Both the position numbers and the translations under genes were made by a program. From Candidatus Micrarchaeota archaeon (GTDB taxonomy: Archaea > Micrarchaeota > Micrarchaeia > Norongarragalinales > Norongarragalinaceae), in NCBI GenBank assembly GCA_016207165.1, contig JACQQD010000006.1, positions 1-40,579 on the forward strand: a stretch of 40,579 bases of DNA, read 5' to 3'. The notes beneath the pieces are model-generated. The model searched no databases. It was given only the letters and a program-made list of their open reading frames with translations, and was not told where the DNA came from. Below, in pieces: positions 18,127 through 27,967 of the stretch (the first letter of the stretch is position 1; each line of letters starts with the position of its first letter).

Positions 18127-18318
18127 TCAGGCTTTCTTTTTGGCTTCGGCTTTTCCTTTTTCGAAGCGCCCCGTCCACTTGAGTTTGCGGGGGTTGCGTT
18201 TTTGTTCGGTGTACTTTTCGCAGCGGCGGGAGCAGTAGTGAATCGAGGTGCCGTCTTTTTTGTAGAACGTGACGCCGGTTCCAAGGGGGTACTCCTTTGA
18301 GCAAAAAGAGCATTTCAT
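18127..18318 (-). CDS. rpl24e: 50S ribosomal protein L24e
   Basis: [24 protein letters not shown]. Confidence 0.96.
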   Translation of the reverse strand: MKCSFCSKEYPLGTGVTFYKKDGTSIHYCSRRCEKYTEQKRNPRKLKWTGRFEKGKAEAKKKA

Positions 18319-18587
18319 GGTCGGATTCTCTTCTTTTTCTTGATGGATTTGGCTTCGCGTTCTGTTTCTCGAAGCACGATGATGTCGCCGACTTTGATGG
18401 GGCCCTTGACGTTGCGGCGGATGACGTTGCCTTCGTCGCGGCCTTCCAGGACTTTAGCCATGACTTGCTTGACTTCGCCGAATACCCCGGTGCGGCCCAC
18501 GATTTCCATGACTTCCGCGTTGAAGCCCTCGTACTGGGGCGCGGCGTCCGGCTTTTCTTTTTCTTGGGGTTGGGGGGCTTTGGCCAT
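18315..18587 (-). CDS. rps28e: 30S ribosomal protein S28e
   Basis: [33 protein letters not shown]. Confidence 0.96.
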   Translation of the reverse strand: MAKAPQPQEKEKPDAAPQYEGFNAEVMEIVGRTGVFGEVKQVMAKVLEGRDEGNVIRRNVKGPIKVGDIIVLRETEREAKSIKKKKRIRP

Positions 18588-18608
18588 GGCAGTAAATCAC
18601 GCGGGGCG

Positions 18609-18980
18609 TTACGCTTTCTTTTCTCCTTTGTAGAGTCCGGCGACTTTCTGGCTGACGGACTTGACTTCGTCGTCGGCTCCCTTCGTCACGGCGACGGCGG
18701 CCGTGCCCACGGAGAGTCCGGCGGCTTCGCCCAAGGATTTCTTGTCCTTGGCGTAGGCAAAGGGAATGCGTTTTTCCTGGCACAACATGGGCAAGTGCAT
18801 GACGATTTCTTCGGGGTCCACGTCTTCGGCGATCACCACGAGTTTGGCTTCGCCGCGCTCAATGGCTTTCGTGGTTTCGTTGGTTCCCTTTCGCAGTCCC
18901 GCGCGTCCGGCTTGCACGGCTTCCAGGGCGTTCTGCCGCACGTCTTGCGGCGTATCGAATTTCACGTAGGACTTAGCCAT
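18609..18980 (-). CDS. rpl7ae: 50S ribosomal protein L7Ae
   Basis: [34 protein letters not shown]; GAGGTG RBS. Confidence 0.97.
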   Translation of the reverse strand: MAKSYVKFDTPQDVRQNALEAVQAGRAGLRKGTNETTKAIERGEAKLVVIAEDVDPEEIVMHLPMLCQEKRIPFAYAKDKKSLGEAAGLSVGTAAVAVTKGADDEVKSVSQKVAGLYKGEKKA

Positions 18981-19061
18981 CTAAAAACACCTCATTTCAT
19001 CGGCTTGCTGATAAGAAGCGTTTTTTCCTTGTGCGGTTCTGGTTTTAAAAGCCTGCTGGTT

Positions 19062-20690
19062 TCAGGGGTGGGCGAAGTAGAATATTTTGACCCCGTTTTG
19101 TTCGTGGTCAAAGCGGGCGTAGCCGTACCGTTCGAATTGGACTGTGGTTCCTTGTTTCAAGGAGGAAACCGCGGGTTCCGCTACGCCTTGGTGTTCGGAG
19201 CCATCCGGTTCAATGACTTTCACGGGCACTCCGGGGCTGGCCACCCATTGGATTTTGGGTTTTCCGGCGTGTTCTTGGTCCGCGCTTTTGTTTCCGGAGG
19301 GCAAGTCCACGTTGCAGAGGTCCTTGAGGCGAATGGTCTTTGCGGTGTGGGTGTCGGCGTCTTTTTTGGCGATGTAAAGCGTGGGGGTGACGGGCACGTC
19401 GCGGGTTTGTTTGGCTCCGGGGTGCGTGGGCCATTGCAGCGTTTTTTCTTCCAACCCCGTTTCCAGGGCCACGGGGTCTTCCACGAAGAAGAAGTGGGGG
19501 GCGTCTTGCAGGGCTTCTTTGTTGTACGTGTACAAAATGTTCCAGTCCAGGGTGCTGTCGCGGGGCTTGATGCCCAACGCAATCATGTATTTTCGGATGG
19601 CTTGCGGTTGGATGCCTCTTTTTCTTAAGGCCAAAAGCGTGGGGAGGCGGACGTCGTCCCACCCGCTGTATTTCCCTTCTTTGATGCCTTGGATGATGTC
19701 GGATTTGTGCGCCATGGCGCCTTCGATGTGAAGCATTCCGTATTCCAGGGTGTACGGGGCTTTCCAGCCGAAGTAGTCGTAGATGTAGCGTTGCTTGTCG
19801 GCGTTCAGCTCGTGTTCTTTTCCGCGCAACACCAAGTTGATGCCCATGAGGTGGTCGTCGATGGCCGCGGCAAAGTTGTAGAGGGGCCACACGCGGTATT
19901 TTTTTCCGACGCGGGGGTGTTCGCCTTCCACGATGCGCATGGCCGGCCAATCCCGGAGGGACGCGTTTTCGTGTTGCATGTCCGTCTTGATGCGGAGGAC
20001 GGCTTTTCCTTCCTTGGTGCGCGTGTGCATGTCTTTGAATTCGCGGAGGGCTTGCGCCGGAGTTTGGCTGCGGCACCCGCAGGTAATTGCTTGGGCCCGG
20101 TTTTTTTGGAGTTTTTCAGGGATGCAGGAACACACGTAGGCGTGGCCCATTTCAATGAGTTTTTCGGCGTGTTCGTAGTAGATGGGCAGGCGCTCGCTTT
20201 GGATGACGGTCTTGGTTATGCGGCACTCCAGCCACGCGGCGTCTTTCGGAATGGCTTCGTAGGCCTCGGGCATGGGTTTCTTGGTTTTGGGGTCGGTGTC
20301 TTCCAGTCGGAGCATGAGTTGGCCGTGGGTTTTTTTCGCGTACTCGTCGCAAAGCACGAGGTTTTTGGCGTGGCCGATGTGCAAAAACCCGGAAGGGTTT
20401 GGGGCGACGCGGGTGATCACGCGGGAAATCGGTACTTCCGGCAGCTTTTCTTCCCGGCCGCTTTTGGGGGCCTGGAATTCAAATTGGGATAGCTCTTTTT
20501 GGGCCTCGTCGTCCGGTAGTGCGTTGACGTCGGCGCAGGCTTGTTCCAAAAGCGTTTTGAGGCCCGGCACGTCGTTTTTGGCTTCCGGTACTTCGGCGAT
20601 GACTTTGCCGACCAGCGCCGAGGCTTGCGCGCGTCCGTGGTCGTGCCGGTTTTTCAGAGCCCACTTTCGGGCCACGGTTTCAAGGTTCAT
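19062..20690 (-). CDS. gltX: Glutamate--tRNA ligase (archaeal type)
   Basis: RVAPNPSGFLHIGH, LRLEDTDP, WPLYNF, GWDDVRLPT, QFERYGY. Confidence 0.96.
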   Translation of the reverse strand: MNLETVARKWALKNRHDHGRAQASALVGKVIAEVPEAKNDVPGLKTLLEQACADVNALPDDEAQKELSQFEFQAPKSGREEKLPEVPISRVITRVAPNPSGFLHIGHAKNLVLCDEYAKKTHGQLMLRLEDTDPKTKKPMPEAYEAIPKDAAWLECRITKTVIQSERLPIYYEHAEKLIEMGHAYVCSCIPEKLQKNRAQAITCGCRSQTPAQALREFKDMHTRTKEGKAVLRIKTDMQHENASLRDWPAMRIVEGEHPRVGKKYRVWPLYNFAAAIDDHLMGINLVLRGKEHELNADKQRYIYDYFGWKAPYTLEYGMLHIEGAMAHKSDIIQGIKEGKYSGWDDVRLPTLLALRKRGIQPQAIRKYMIALGIKPRDSTLDWNILYTYNKEALQDAPHFFFVEDPVALETGLEEKTLQWPTHPGAKQTRDVPVTPTLYIAKKDADTHTAKTIRLKDLCNVDLPSGNKSADQEHAGKPKIQWVASPGVPVKVIEPDGSEHQGVAEPAVSSLKQGTTVQFERYGYARFDHEQNGVKIFYFAHP

Positions 20691-20757
20691 GGTGTCTGGT
20701 GTGCTGTATGGGCGACTTCCTTATTTTTAATGTGCGTTTGGCTATTTTGTTGATACG

Positions 20758-21840
20758 ATGCGAAGCGACGTGCTGGTGGTGGGGGCCAGCGTAGTGGGGG
20801 GCGTGGCCGCCAAAGAGCTGGCCCAAAAAGGCATTCAAACCACGCTGTTGTCCGACAAGGCCCACGTCGGAAAAGACGGCAAGTGCACTTCGATCATCTC
20901 TGCAAGCGGGTTGGAAAAAACCGGCATTGGTTTTCGGGAAGCATTGGTGCACGAAATATTCGGCGCGAACATCCGGTGTGGCAAGGCCAGGTTGGAGGTC
21001 CGGACGAAAAAGCCGGTAGCGCACGTGCTGGATCGGTTCCAGTTGGATGCGCTCAGCGTCAGCCAGGCCCAAGACGCCGGCGCCGAGTTGGTGACGGACG
21101 CCCGTTTTTCGGCGTGGCACGAGAAAACCGCTCAGACCAAGGCGGGAAAAATTCGGGCCCAATTCTTGGTGGGCGCGGACGGCGTGGGCTCGACGGTGGC
21201 GGCGGTTTGCGGGTTTCCCAAGCTTTCGAATTTGGTGGTGGCTTGGGAAGGCGAGTTTGAAGGCGCGACGCTGGTGGACCCGAGGGTGGTGGACGTGTTC
21301 TTGGATTACCCGGGCTTGTTTGCGTGGGCGGTTCCGGCTGGACCCAAGACGGTGCGCATCGGTTTGGCGGTGCGGCCCCCGCATGATTTGGCGTCCCACA
21401 AAAAACGCTTGCTTTTTGACGCGGTGGTTGAACGCATGCGTTCCGGTTCCGTGTTGGCGCGCGAGTTTTACCACGCCATTCCTCTTTCCTACCGCAGAAA
21501 GACCCAGCTTGGGGACGTGTGTTTGGTGGGGGATGCGGCGGGGCAGGCCAAGGCGACGACGGGCGGCGGCATCGTGTTTGGTTCTCTTTGCGCCCGGGAA
21601 CTGGCCACCTCCATCAAGGACCATCTGGGCGGCACGCCCTTGGATTATGAGGCTCGTTGGCGCAAAACGTATGCCGGAACCTTGGATGCCCATCGGTGGA
21701 TTCGGAAAACCTTGGACGTTTTGCCTTGGGGGGTCTCGGCGTTCGGTTTGTCGGCGCTTTCCGCTATTGGTTTTGGCGGTTTTTTGGAGAAGAAAGGCGA
21801 CATGGATTTTATTGTAAAGTCCGGCTCCGGCGTTGCCTGA
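20758..21840 (+). CDS. Geranylgeranyl reductase family FAD oxidoreductase
   Basis: DVLVVGA Rossmann start, DRFQLD, VGADG, FAWAVP, LVGDAAGQAKATTGGGI. Confidence 0.88.
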   Translation: MRSDVLVVGASVVGGVAAKELAQKGIQTTLLSDKAHVGKDGKCTSIISASGLEKTGIGFREALVHEIFGANIRCGKARLEVRTKKPVAHVLDRFQLDALSVSQAQDAGAELVTDARFSAWHEKTAQTKAGKIRAQFLVGADGVGSTVAAVCGFPKLSNLVVAWEGEFEGATLVDPRVVDVFLDYPGLFAWAVPAGPKTVRIGLAVRPPHDLASHKKRLLFDAVVERMRSGSVLAREFYHAIPLSYRRKTQLGDVCLVGDAAGQAKATTGGGIVFGSLCARELATSIKDHLGGTPLDYEARWRKTYAGTLDAHRWIRKTLDVLPWGVSAFGLSALSAIGFGGFLEKKGDMDFIVKSGSGVA

Positions 21841-22663
21841 CTTTTTGGTAGGCGGCCGTCATTTTTCGTCCGGTGATGGCGTCGTATGCTCGCATGAATG
21901 CCAGGGTTTCTTCTTCAGTGGGTGGTCGCTTGAATTCGGTCCAAAGCTTCCGGAGTTCTGATGCCAAGGCCACGGATTTGGCGCCGGTTCGTGGAAGCGT
22001 CCACTCCCAGTCAATCAGTTTCAGTTCAACGGGCAAATGGTCTTGTCCTATTCGTACCAATATGTTTTCGGGATGTAAGTCGCCGTGGGAAATGCCGGCG
22101 TTGTGGGCCTTGCCCAACGCCATGCCTGCCAACGTGGCCATGAACGTGCGCCGCTCAGTTTTCCATGAGGGATCCCTTTTTTGCCATTCGACCCGTTCGC
22201 GGTACTCGTTTAGTGGCATGAACCCATGCTGGAATTGGTAGACCAAGTAGTGGTGGCTGCCGTGTTGGACCATTCCGATGGGTTCGACCCCGTGTTCGGG
22301 ACTGATGTCGTTCCACCGCGCGGAAGTGAGAAATTCGCTGAGAGGCCGCCGCATTCCCGTGGTTTGGAACGCTTTTTTGATGAGGATGTGGCCGCCGTGG
22401 TGGTCTTCGAGGACAAAAAAGTGTTGACCCGTAAGCGGCTTCTTCTTTGCTTTGATGAGTTCTTCGATCCGTTTGGCGGATTCCGGGTGGGCGCGTTTCA
22501 TCCGTCTGAGCGTTTCTTCGGTGGCCGACTCCAAGGCGTCTTGGCTTTTCCAGATTGATGCATCGAACAAATGCTTGTATTTGGACCACGTGTACACGTT
22601 GATTCCCGGTCCAATTTTCAGTTCTTGGAGGCCACGCGGCCATTCAAGGTATCGTGTCGTCAT
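21809..22663 (-). CDS. Atypical protein-kinase-like fold protein (Kdo/RIO/Bud32-like)
   Basis: Catalytic loop HGDLHPENIL, LKLIDWE metal-binding motif, ILIKK lysine. Confidence 0.75.
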   Translation of the reverse strand: MTTRYLEWPRGLQELKIGPGINVYTWSKYKHLFDASIWKSQDALESATEETLRRMKRAHPESAKRIEELIKAKKKPLTGQHFFVLEDHHGGHILIKKAFQTTGMRRPLSEFLTSARWNDISPEHGVEPIGMVQHGSHHYLVYQFQHGFMPLNEYRERVEWQKRDPSWKTERRTFMATLAGMALGKAHNAGISHGDLHPENILVRIGQDHLPVELKLIDWEWTLPRTGAKSVALASELRKLWTEFKRPPTEEETLAFMRAYDAITGRKMTAAYQKVRQRRSRTLQ

Positions 22664-22741
22664 CTGGGTTGACTTGGCAGCGCAAGATTTTAAAGCACGG
22701 TTTGCCTTTCCTTGTTTCCCATTTCACAGAGTTATCCTTTC

Positions 22742-23149
22742 ATGACCAGCACCCCGTTTTTGAAGTTGCCGGCGGACGCGACCCTGTGGGTTCATGAAGA
22801 CGCCGCGTGGTGGCGGCTGAACTTGGATCACGCGTGGCTCAAGGAAGGCAAGCCCTACCACGGGGTTCTGCAGGCCGAGGTGTTGCCCAACGACGGCGGC
22901 CACGTGCTGACGCTGGGGGTGGACACGTCGGAGGGCGCGCACGTGTTTTCCTTTTCTTTTTCCGACCAGGGCGTCAAGCCGTTCGACCAGAATTCCGAGG
23001 CCGCCGAAAAAAAAGCGCTCAAGATCGCTTCGGAACTCTTGCACCACTTTCCGGAAAACCGGTTGAAATCCGAATTGCAAAGCCACGTGCGCCAGCGGCT
23101 CAGTCATTTGGAGTTGACTGCCGAGCAGAGCGTGTGGGACCGGTTGTAG
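22742..23149 (+). CDS. Hypothetical protein
   Basis: 135-aa ORF with host-like codon usage; no family recognised. Confidence 0.55.
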   Translation: MTSTPFLKLPADATLWVHEDAAWWRLNLDHAWLKEGKPYHGVLQAEVLPNDGGHVLTLGVDTSEGAHVFSFSFSDQGVKPFDQNSEAAEKKALKIASELLHHFPENRLKSELQSHVRQRLSHLELTAEQSVWDRL

Positions 23150-23839
23150 TTACTTTCCGAAGCGGCGTTGCGTTCCGCCGTAAAAATCGAGGGCGTCTTG
23201 CAGGTCTTCTTGCTGGAATTCCGGCCACAATTTGTCCGAGAAGTAGACTTCCGCGTACGCGTTCTGCCACGGCAGAAACCCGCTTAAGCGTTGGACGGCT
23301 CCGGTGCGGATGACGAGGTCCACGGGTTGCTGGCTGTACAGATAGCGGGCGAACGTGGTTTCGTCGATGTCGGCAATTTTGCCCGCCTTAAAATCCAGGG
23401 CGGCAAGGCGTGCCGCTGACGCGATTTCGTCCCTGCCCGAGTACGCGATGGCGACTCCAAGTTCCCGCGAGCGGTCCGCGGTTTTTTCCTCGACGACGCG
23501 AATTTTTTCTTGGATGGTTTTCGGAAGCAGTTGGGTTTTTCCGAAGAATCGCACGCGCAAGTCGGCTTTCTTGAGGGCGGGGTCCTCCAGGGCCCGGTCC
23601 AGTTGCCGGTTCATGAGCTGGAACAAGACTTCCAGTTCCAGTCGGCTGCGCTTCCGGTAATTCTCAAGGGACAGCGCCCACACGCGCAGCGACTGGACGG
23701 GCGTGTCCTGGAGCCATTGGACGACTTGCTCGATTTTGGAAAAACCGTTTTTGTACGCGTCCGCCAGACTGAGGTGGTTTTTGTGGGCGAAGCGCCGGTT
23801 ACCGTCTGGAATGACGGCCACGCTGGAGGGGTAACGCAT
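23150..23839 (-). CDS. uppS: cis-prenyltransferase (undecaprenyl-PP synthase family)
   Basis: IPDGNRR, LSLEN, YSGRDE, DLVIRTG..RLSGFLPWQ..YAE, WPEF, RRFGK. Confidence 0.96.
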   Translation of the reverse strand: MRYPSSVAVIPDGNRRFAHKNHLSLADAYKNGFSKIEQVVQWLQDTPVQSLRVWALSLENYRKRSRLELEVLFQLMNRQLDRALEDPALKKADLRVRFFGKTQLLPKTIQEKIRVVEEKTADRSRELGVAIAYSGRDEIASAARLAALDFKAGKIADIDETTFARYLYSQQPVDLVIRTGAVQRLSGFLPWQNAYAEVYFSDKLWPEFQQEDLQDALDFYGGTQRRFGK

Positions 23840-23908
23840 GATTTTTAGAGGAGTCGTCGGTTTTTAATACCTGTCGACCTTGAAATACTTCGGAACGCTT
23901 TTTCTTGG

Positions 23909-24253
23909 ATGGAAATGGCAAGGACGCCGTGCATTGTGGTGGACTCGTTTTGGGGCCGCTTGAGGGGACTCATGTTTTCCGCCAAAGTGACGTTGCCGCT
24001 TTTGTTCGTTTTTGAATCTCCTGGCCGGCATGCCATTCACTCGTTTTTTTGTCCCGCGTTTGACGCCGTGTTCGTAGGAGGAGATGGACGCGTCGTGGAC
24101 GTGTTTGAAGTGCGGTCTTGGGGCCCGTGGTTTGCCCCCAAGAAAGACGCGAAGTTCTTGGTGGAAGCCAAGCCGGGTTTCGCGCGGAAAATCAGGGAAG
24201 GCCAAGTCGTCGTCAGGGTGGACCCGGATGAAGCTTGGCTGGACGTTGCGTGA
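23909..24253 (+). CDS. DUF192 family protein
   Basis: DSFWGRLRGLMF..LLFVF..IHSFF..FDAVF..VE. Confidence 0.85.
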   Translation: MEMARTPCIVVDSFWGRLRGLMFSAKVTLPLLFVFESPGRHAIHSFFCPAFDAVFVGGDGRVVDVFEVRSWGPWFAPKKDAKFLVEAKPGFARKIREGQVVVRVDPDEAWLDVA

Positions 24254-25487
24254 ATCCGGCGCGTACCGCGTGCCGTGGAATCTGGGCGCGTTGACGGATC
24301 GCCAGCGCGGGGTCTTGGATGCGTTGCTGGACGCGTACGCCTTGCACCCACCCCGGGACACGCTTCGGAAAACCTTGGAGGCGGCCTTGGAAGCGTTGTG
24401 CTTTGCGCGGCGCATCCGGTGGGACGCGTCGTGGGCTCAATCCGTACTCTATTTCGCCGAACAGAATCTCGCGGGATTTGGCGTGTTATCTCATTTCTTG
24501 TCGGACGACGACCTGGAAGAAATCGCGGTGGTGGGCATCGGCAAGCCCGTGTACGTGTTTGTCCGCGGCCAGGGTTGGCTTGAAACCAATGCCGCCGTTA
24601 CGTCCCTGGATTTCGCGGTGGACTGCGTCAACAAGATGGCCAGGCCCCTGGGCCGCCGGCTTACGGCCAGCCAGCCCCGGTTGTCCGCCGTCTTGCCGGA
24701 CGGTTCGCGCCTGCATGCGTGCATGGCGCCGGTGGCGTTGGAAGGCATTCAGATTTCCATTCGCAAGTTCCGAAAAACTCCGTTTTCCGTCGGGGAATTG
24801 GTGGCCGATGGTTTTTTGCCTTCGCGCGCGGCGGCGGTTTTATCGTTGGCCATGCAGGCCGACGCGTCGGTGGTCGTCGCCGGCAACACGGGCTCCGGCA
24901 AGACGACGTTGTTGAACGCGTTGTCCGAGTTCGTGCCGGCGTCGGAGCGCATTGTCGCCATCGAGGACGCGCCGGAATTGTCTTGGCCGCATGCCCACCA
25001 GGTGCGTTTGGTCGGCGAGCCTTCCGTGTTTTCCGGTTTGGTGGCCGACACGTTGCGCATGCGGCCGGACCGAGTCGTCGTGGGAGAAATGCGCCGGGCT
25101 CAGGAAGTCGCCGCGTTTTTTGACGTGCTTTTGTCGGGTCAGGCCAAGGGCGCGTACGCGACGTTCCACGCGGAATCCGCCCAGGACGTTGTGTCGCGCC
25201 TGGAATTTCTCGGACTCAACCCCAGGGACGTGTCGGCGTTGGACTTCGTCGTGGTGCTCAAGCGCTTTTCCGACGCATCCGCTGGAAGAGAGAAGCGGAT
25301 TTTCGAGGAGTTCGCGTTTTTGGAGCAAGGCGCCGCGTGCCCTGTGTTGGTGGGTTCGTCGGTGAACCCCCTGTTTTTCCGGTCCAAGGCATTCCGGAAA
25401 ATCAGCCGCAGCCATGGCCTGAATCCGGTGGCGTTCCGGAAAAAAATGGATGCGGAGGCGAAAAAATGGATCTTCAAGACGCCTTGA
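24228..25487 (+). CDS. TadA/CpaF-type secretion/pilus ATPase
   Basis: SIRKF, Walker A AGNTGSGKTT, IEDAPEL, RMRPDRVVVGEMR, TFHA. Confidence 0.92.
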   Translation: MKLGWTLRESGAYRVPWNLGALTDRQRGVLDALLDAYALHPPRDTLRKTLEAALEALCFARRIRWDASWAQSVLYFAEQNLAGFGVLSHFLSDDDLEEIAVVGIGKPVYVFVRGQGWLETNAAVTSLDFAVDCVNKMARPLGRRLTASQPRLSAVLPDGSRLHACMAPVALEGIQISIRKFRKTPFSVGELVADGFLPSRAAAVLSLAMQADASVVVAGNTGSGKTTLLNALSEFVPASERIVAIEDAPELSWPHAHQVRLVGEPSVFSGLVADTLRMRPDRVVVGEMRRAQEVAAFFDVLLSGQAKGAYATFHAESAQDVVSRLEFLGLNPRDVSALDFVVVLKRFSDASAGREKRIFEEFAFLEQGAACPVLVGSSVNPLFFRSKAFRKISRSHGLNPVAFRKKMDAEAKKWIFKTP

Positions 25488-26203
25488 CTCAGGCGGGCTG
25501 GAACGTGTTGCCTTTTTCCTATCGAATGCTGTGCGCGGGGGTTGCGCTTCTGGTTGGCGTGGGTTCAGCCATGTTTTTTCAGGAGTTGGCGGCGGGTGTT
25601 TCCGGCGTGATTTGTTTTTGGGTTCTGCAGGCGTTGCCCGCTGTTTTCGCGCAAAAACGCGCCGATGACTTGGAAGCGGATTTGTCGGTGGCGTTGCGGC
25701 TCATGGCCGTTCAACTTCCGTTTTCCGGGTTTGAATGCGCGGTGGAAAACGCGGTGAAAACCGGTTTGCCCAATTGTCATCCCGCGTTGTTGGCGTGGGC
25801 GCGGGCGGTGGAATCCGGGGAAAGCGTTTCCACGTCGCTTCGCCGGCTTTCGTCGCAAACCAATTCCTTGTGGGTTCGGAAAGCCGCGATGCAGATTCTT
25901 TTTTCCTATCGGCAGGGAAGCGGCGCCCCGCTTTTGGCGTTGGCCGACGAGCTGTCGGCGCGTCACGTGGAAAAAAGGCGGTTGTTCGCGTCCAAAACCG
26001 TTTTTTTGAGTGCGTGGTTCGTGGTGCTGGGGTCTTTGGTGCCCATGATGCTGGCGGCGTACGTGTTGGTGGGTTCCGCCTTCTTGTCGTTCTCGTTTTC
26101 CCCGGAATTCGTGTTGGCGGGTTTTGCATTGGGGTTGCCGTTGGTGTTGGGTTTGGTGGTATTCTATGCGTTCCTGGTGGCGCCGGGTGGTCTGCGTGGC
26201 TGA
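25466..26203 (+). CDS. TadB/TadC (T2SS-F) membrane platform protein
   Basis: TM helices plus LEADLSVALRLMA..ESGESV..SL; overlaps the ATPase gene. Confidence 0.75.
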   Translation: MDLQDALTQAGWNVLPFSYRMLCAGVALLVGVGSAMFFQELAAGVSGVICFWVLQALPAVFAQKRADDLEADLSVALRLMAVQLPFSGFECAVENAVKTGLPNCHPALLAWARAVESGESVSTSLRRLSSQTNSLWVRKAAMQILFSYRQGSGAPLLALADELSARHVEKRRLFASKTVFLSAWFVVLGSLVPMMLAAYVLVGSAFLSFSFSPEFVLAGFALGLPLVLGLVVFYAFLVAPGGLRG

Positions 26204-26840
26204 CTTTCTCTCGTGGTGGACGGCCCAACGGGACGCCGAGGCGTTGGACGGCCAGTTGCCGGCGGCGTTGTTTTCGTTGGCCAGCCTTGACTCGCATGTT
26301 TCCGTGGAGGACGCGTTCTTGGAGGTGGCGGTGGCGTCGCCTTCGCCTCTTAGAGAGGCTTTCCAAGGCGTGGTCCGGCAATTGAAGTCTGGTGTGGGCT
26401 TCTCGCAAGCCATGGATGCCCTTCGCCGAAGGTATCCATCCGCGTTGTTGGCGCGGGTGACGGGTTTGTGGGCGTCGGCGTACCAGAGTGGGGCCGACAT
26501 GTCGGAGGCATACCGGAGCGTGGCGGAGGAAGCGTTTTTGTTCCAACGATTGCAGGCCGAACGCAGGCAGAGTTTTGCCGTGCAGAAGTACACGCTTTGG
26601 GCGGGCTTGGTCTTGGTGCCAGGGCTTTTGGGACTGCTTTTCTCGTGGGTGGCTGACCCGACTTCGCCGTATGTCCACGCCGTGTTCTTCGGCCTTCAAG
26701 TGTACTTGGTTTTGTTTTCGGTTTTGTCGGCGCTTTTGGTGGGCGTGGTGGACGGGTCCATGCGGTTGGTGCTTCGCGACGCCATGGTGTTTGCGGGTGT
26801 CAGCTTCCTGGTGTTTCACGGCGTCCAGGCCCTGGGTTAA
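26196..26840 (+). CDS. Second TadB/TadC (T2SS-F) membrane protein
   Basis: QLPAALFSLAS..SPLREAF..VRQLKSGVGFSQAM..YQSGADM; GTG start overlapping the previous stop. Confidence 0.78.
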   Translation: MADFLSWWTAQRDAEALDGQLPAALFSLASLDSHVSVEDAFLEVAVASPSPLREAFQGVVRQLKSGVGFSQAMDALRRRYPSALLARVTGLWASAYQSGADMSEAYRSVAEEAFLFQRLQAERRQSFAVQKYTLWAGLVLVPGLLGLLFSWVADPTSPYVHAVFFGLQVYLVLFSVLSALLVGVVDGSMRLVLRDAMVFAGVSFLVFHGVQALG

Positions 26841-26879
26841 AAAACGCCGACGCCGTAACGGGTTGGAGGTCTGAATTTC

Positions 26880-27605
26880 ATGACGGTAACCATTCGAGAA
26901 ATCGAGAAAATTCCGTTGAAAAATCCCCGCGTCATCGAAGGTTTTCCTGGGGTGGGCATGGTCGGCACCATTTGCGCGTCGTACTTGGCGGAAAAGCTGG
27001 ACATGACGTGGGTGGGCTCCATGCATTCCGCGCAATTCCCGCCGATTTCCGCCATCCACGACTTCAAGCCCATGTCGCCGGCCCGCATTTACGCTTCCAA
27101 GAAGTACAACCTCATCGTGCTTTTTTCGGAGTTCGTCATTCCCGCCAACATCGTGTATCCGCTTTCCAACGTGATTCTGGATTTCGCGAAGGCCAAGAAG
27201 GCCTCGGTGCTGTATTCGTTGGCGGGCATTGCCACGCCCAACCCTGAGGAAAAACTCTACGGCATTGCCTCCACGACGAAAATGTCTGAGACGCTCAAGA
27301 AGCAAGGCGTTGAACTGATCAAGGAAGGCGCCACGCAAGGCGTTTCCGGCATCTTGATTGCCGAGTGCGCGGCGCGAAGGATTCCGGCCGCCAACTTGTT
27401 GGTGCAGACCGCGGCGCCGCTGGATCCCGTCGCCTCCGCGTTTCTGTTGGACAAAGTCTCTGACATGCTTTCCTTGGGCTTGGACACCGCTGCCTTGAAG
27501 CGCCAAGGCGAGAAAGTGCAATCCAAGATCCAGGAATCCATGGACAAAATGCGGGCGCTTCACGAAGACTACAAGAAAATGGAACAGAACCCCATGTATG
27601 GATAG
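26880..27605 (+). CDS. PAC2 family proteasome assembly chaperone
   Basis: IEGFPGVGMVGTI, FPP..P.RIY, GVSGILI, DPVAS, C-terminal MYG. Confidence 0.92.
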   Translation: MTVTIREIEKIPLKNPRVIEGFPGVGMVGTICASYLAEKLDMTWVGSMHSAQFPPISAIHDFKPMSPARIYASKKYNLIVLFSEFVIPANIVYPLSNVILDFAKAKKASVLYSLAGIATPNPEEKLYGIASTTKMSETLKKQGVELIKEGATQGVSGILIAECAARRIPAANLLVQTAAPLDPVASAFLLDKVSDMLSLGLDTAALKRQGEKVQSKIQESMDKMRALHEDYKKMEQNPMYG

Positions 27606-27611
27606 ATTTCC

Positions 27612-27941
27612 ATGAAAAAGCGTTGGTGGGCCTGGTTTCTCGTCTGGACGATTCCCTTTGCCGCGTTAACGCTTTTCTTCGCACCGCTTCTGTTTTGGGG
27701 TCTGACCGCGTTTTTCGCTCTCTACGCCGTTCTGGCGTGGGAGCGGGCCGGCTTCACGTCGGACTTCCGGAAATTCAAGGAGCAACTCAAGGACCCCCAG
27801 CCCCTGGCGGAATTGGCTCTGATGGGTGTCGTGGTCCTTCTGTTCTTGTTGTTGGCCGTGGGCTCGCCCTCCGAATCTCTCCTGGTTTTAGTCGCCTTGG
27901 TGCCCGTCCTGGCCGCCATGGCGTTTCCCGCCAAACAATAA
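27612..27941 (+). CDS. Small multi-TM hypothetical protein
   Basis: About four hydrophobic segments, host codon usage, directly after PAC2. Confidence 0.65.
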   Translation: MKKRWWAWFLVWTIPFAALTLFFAPLLFWGLTAFFALYAVLAWERAGFTSDFRKFKEQLKDPQPLAELALMGVVVLLFLLLAVGSPSESLLVLVALVPVLAAMAFPAKQ

Positions 27942-27967
27942 AGAATCCGCTTCGTCACCTCTTTTTT

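Noticed and set aside
18297-19628. 443-aa plus-strand ORF
   Set aside because: Antisense to rps28e, rpl7ae and gltX; no motifs
25701-27563. 620-aa minus-strand ORF
   Set aside because: Antisense shadow of Tad and PAC2 genes with Arg/Pro/His-biased composition
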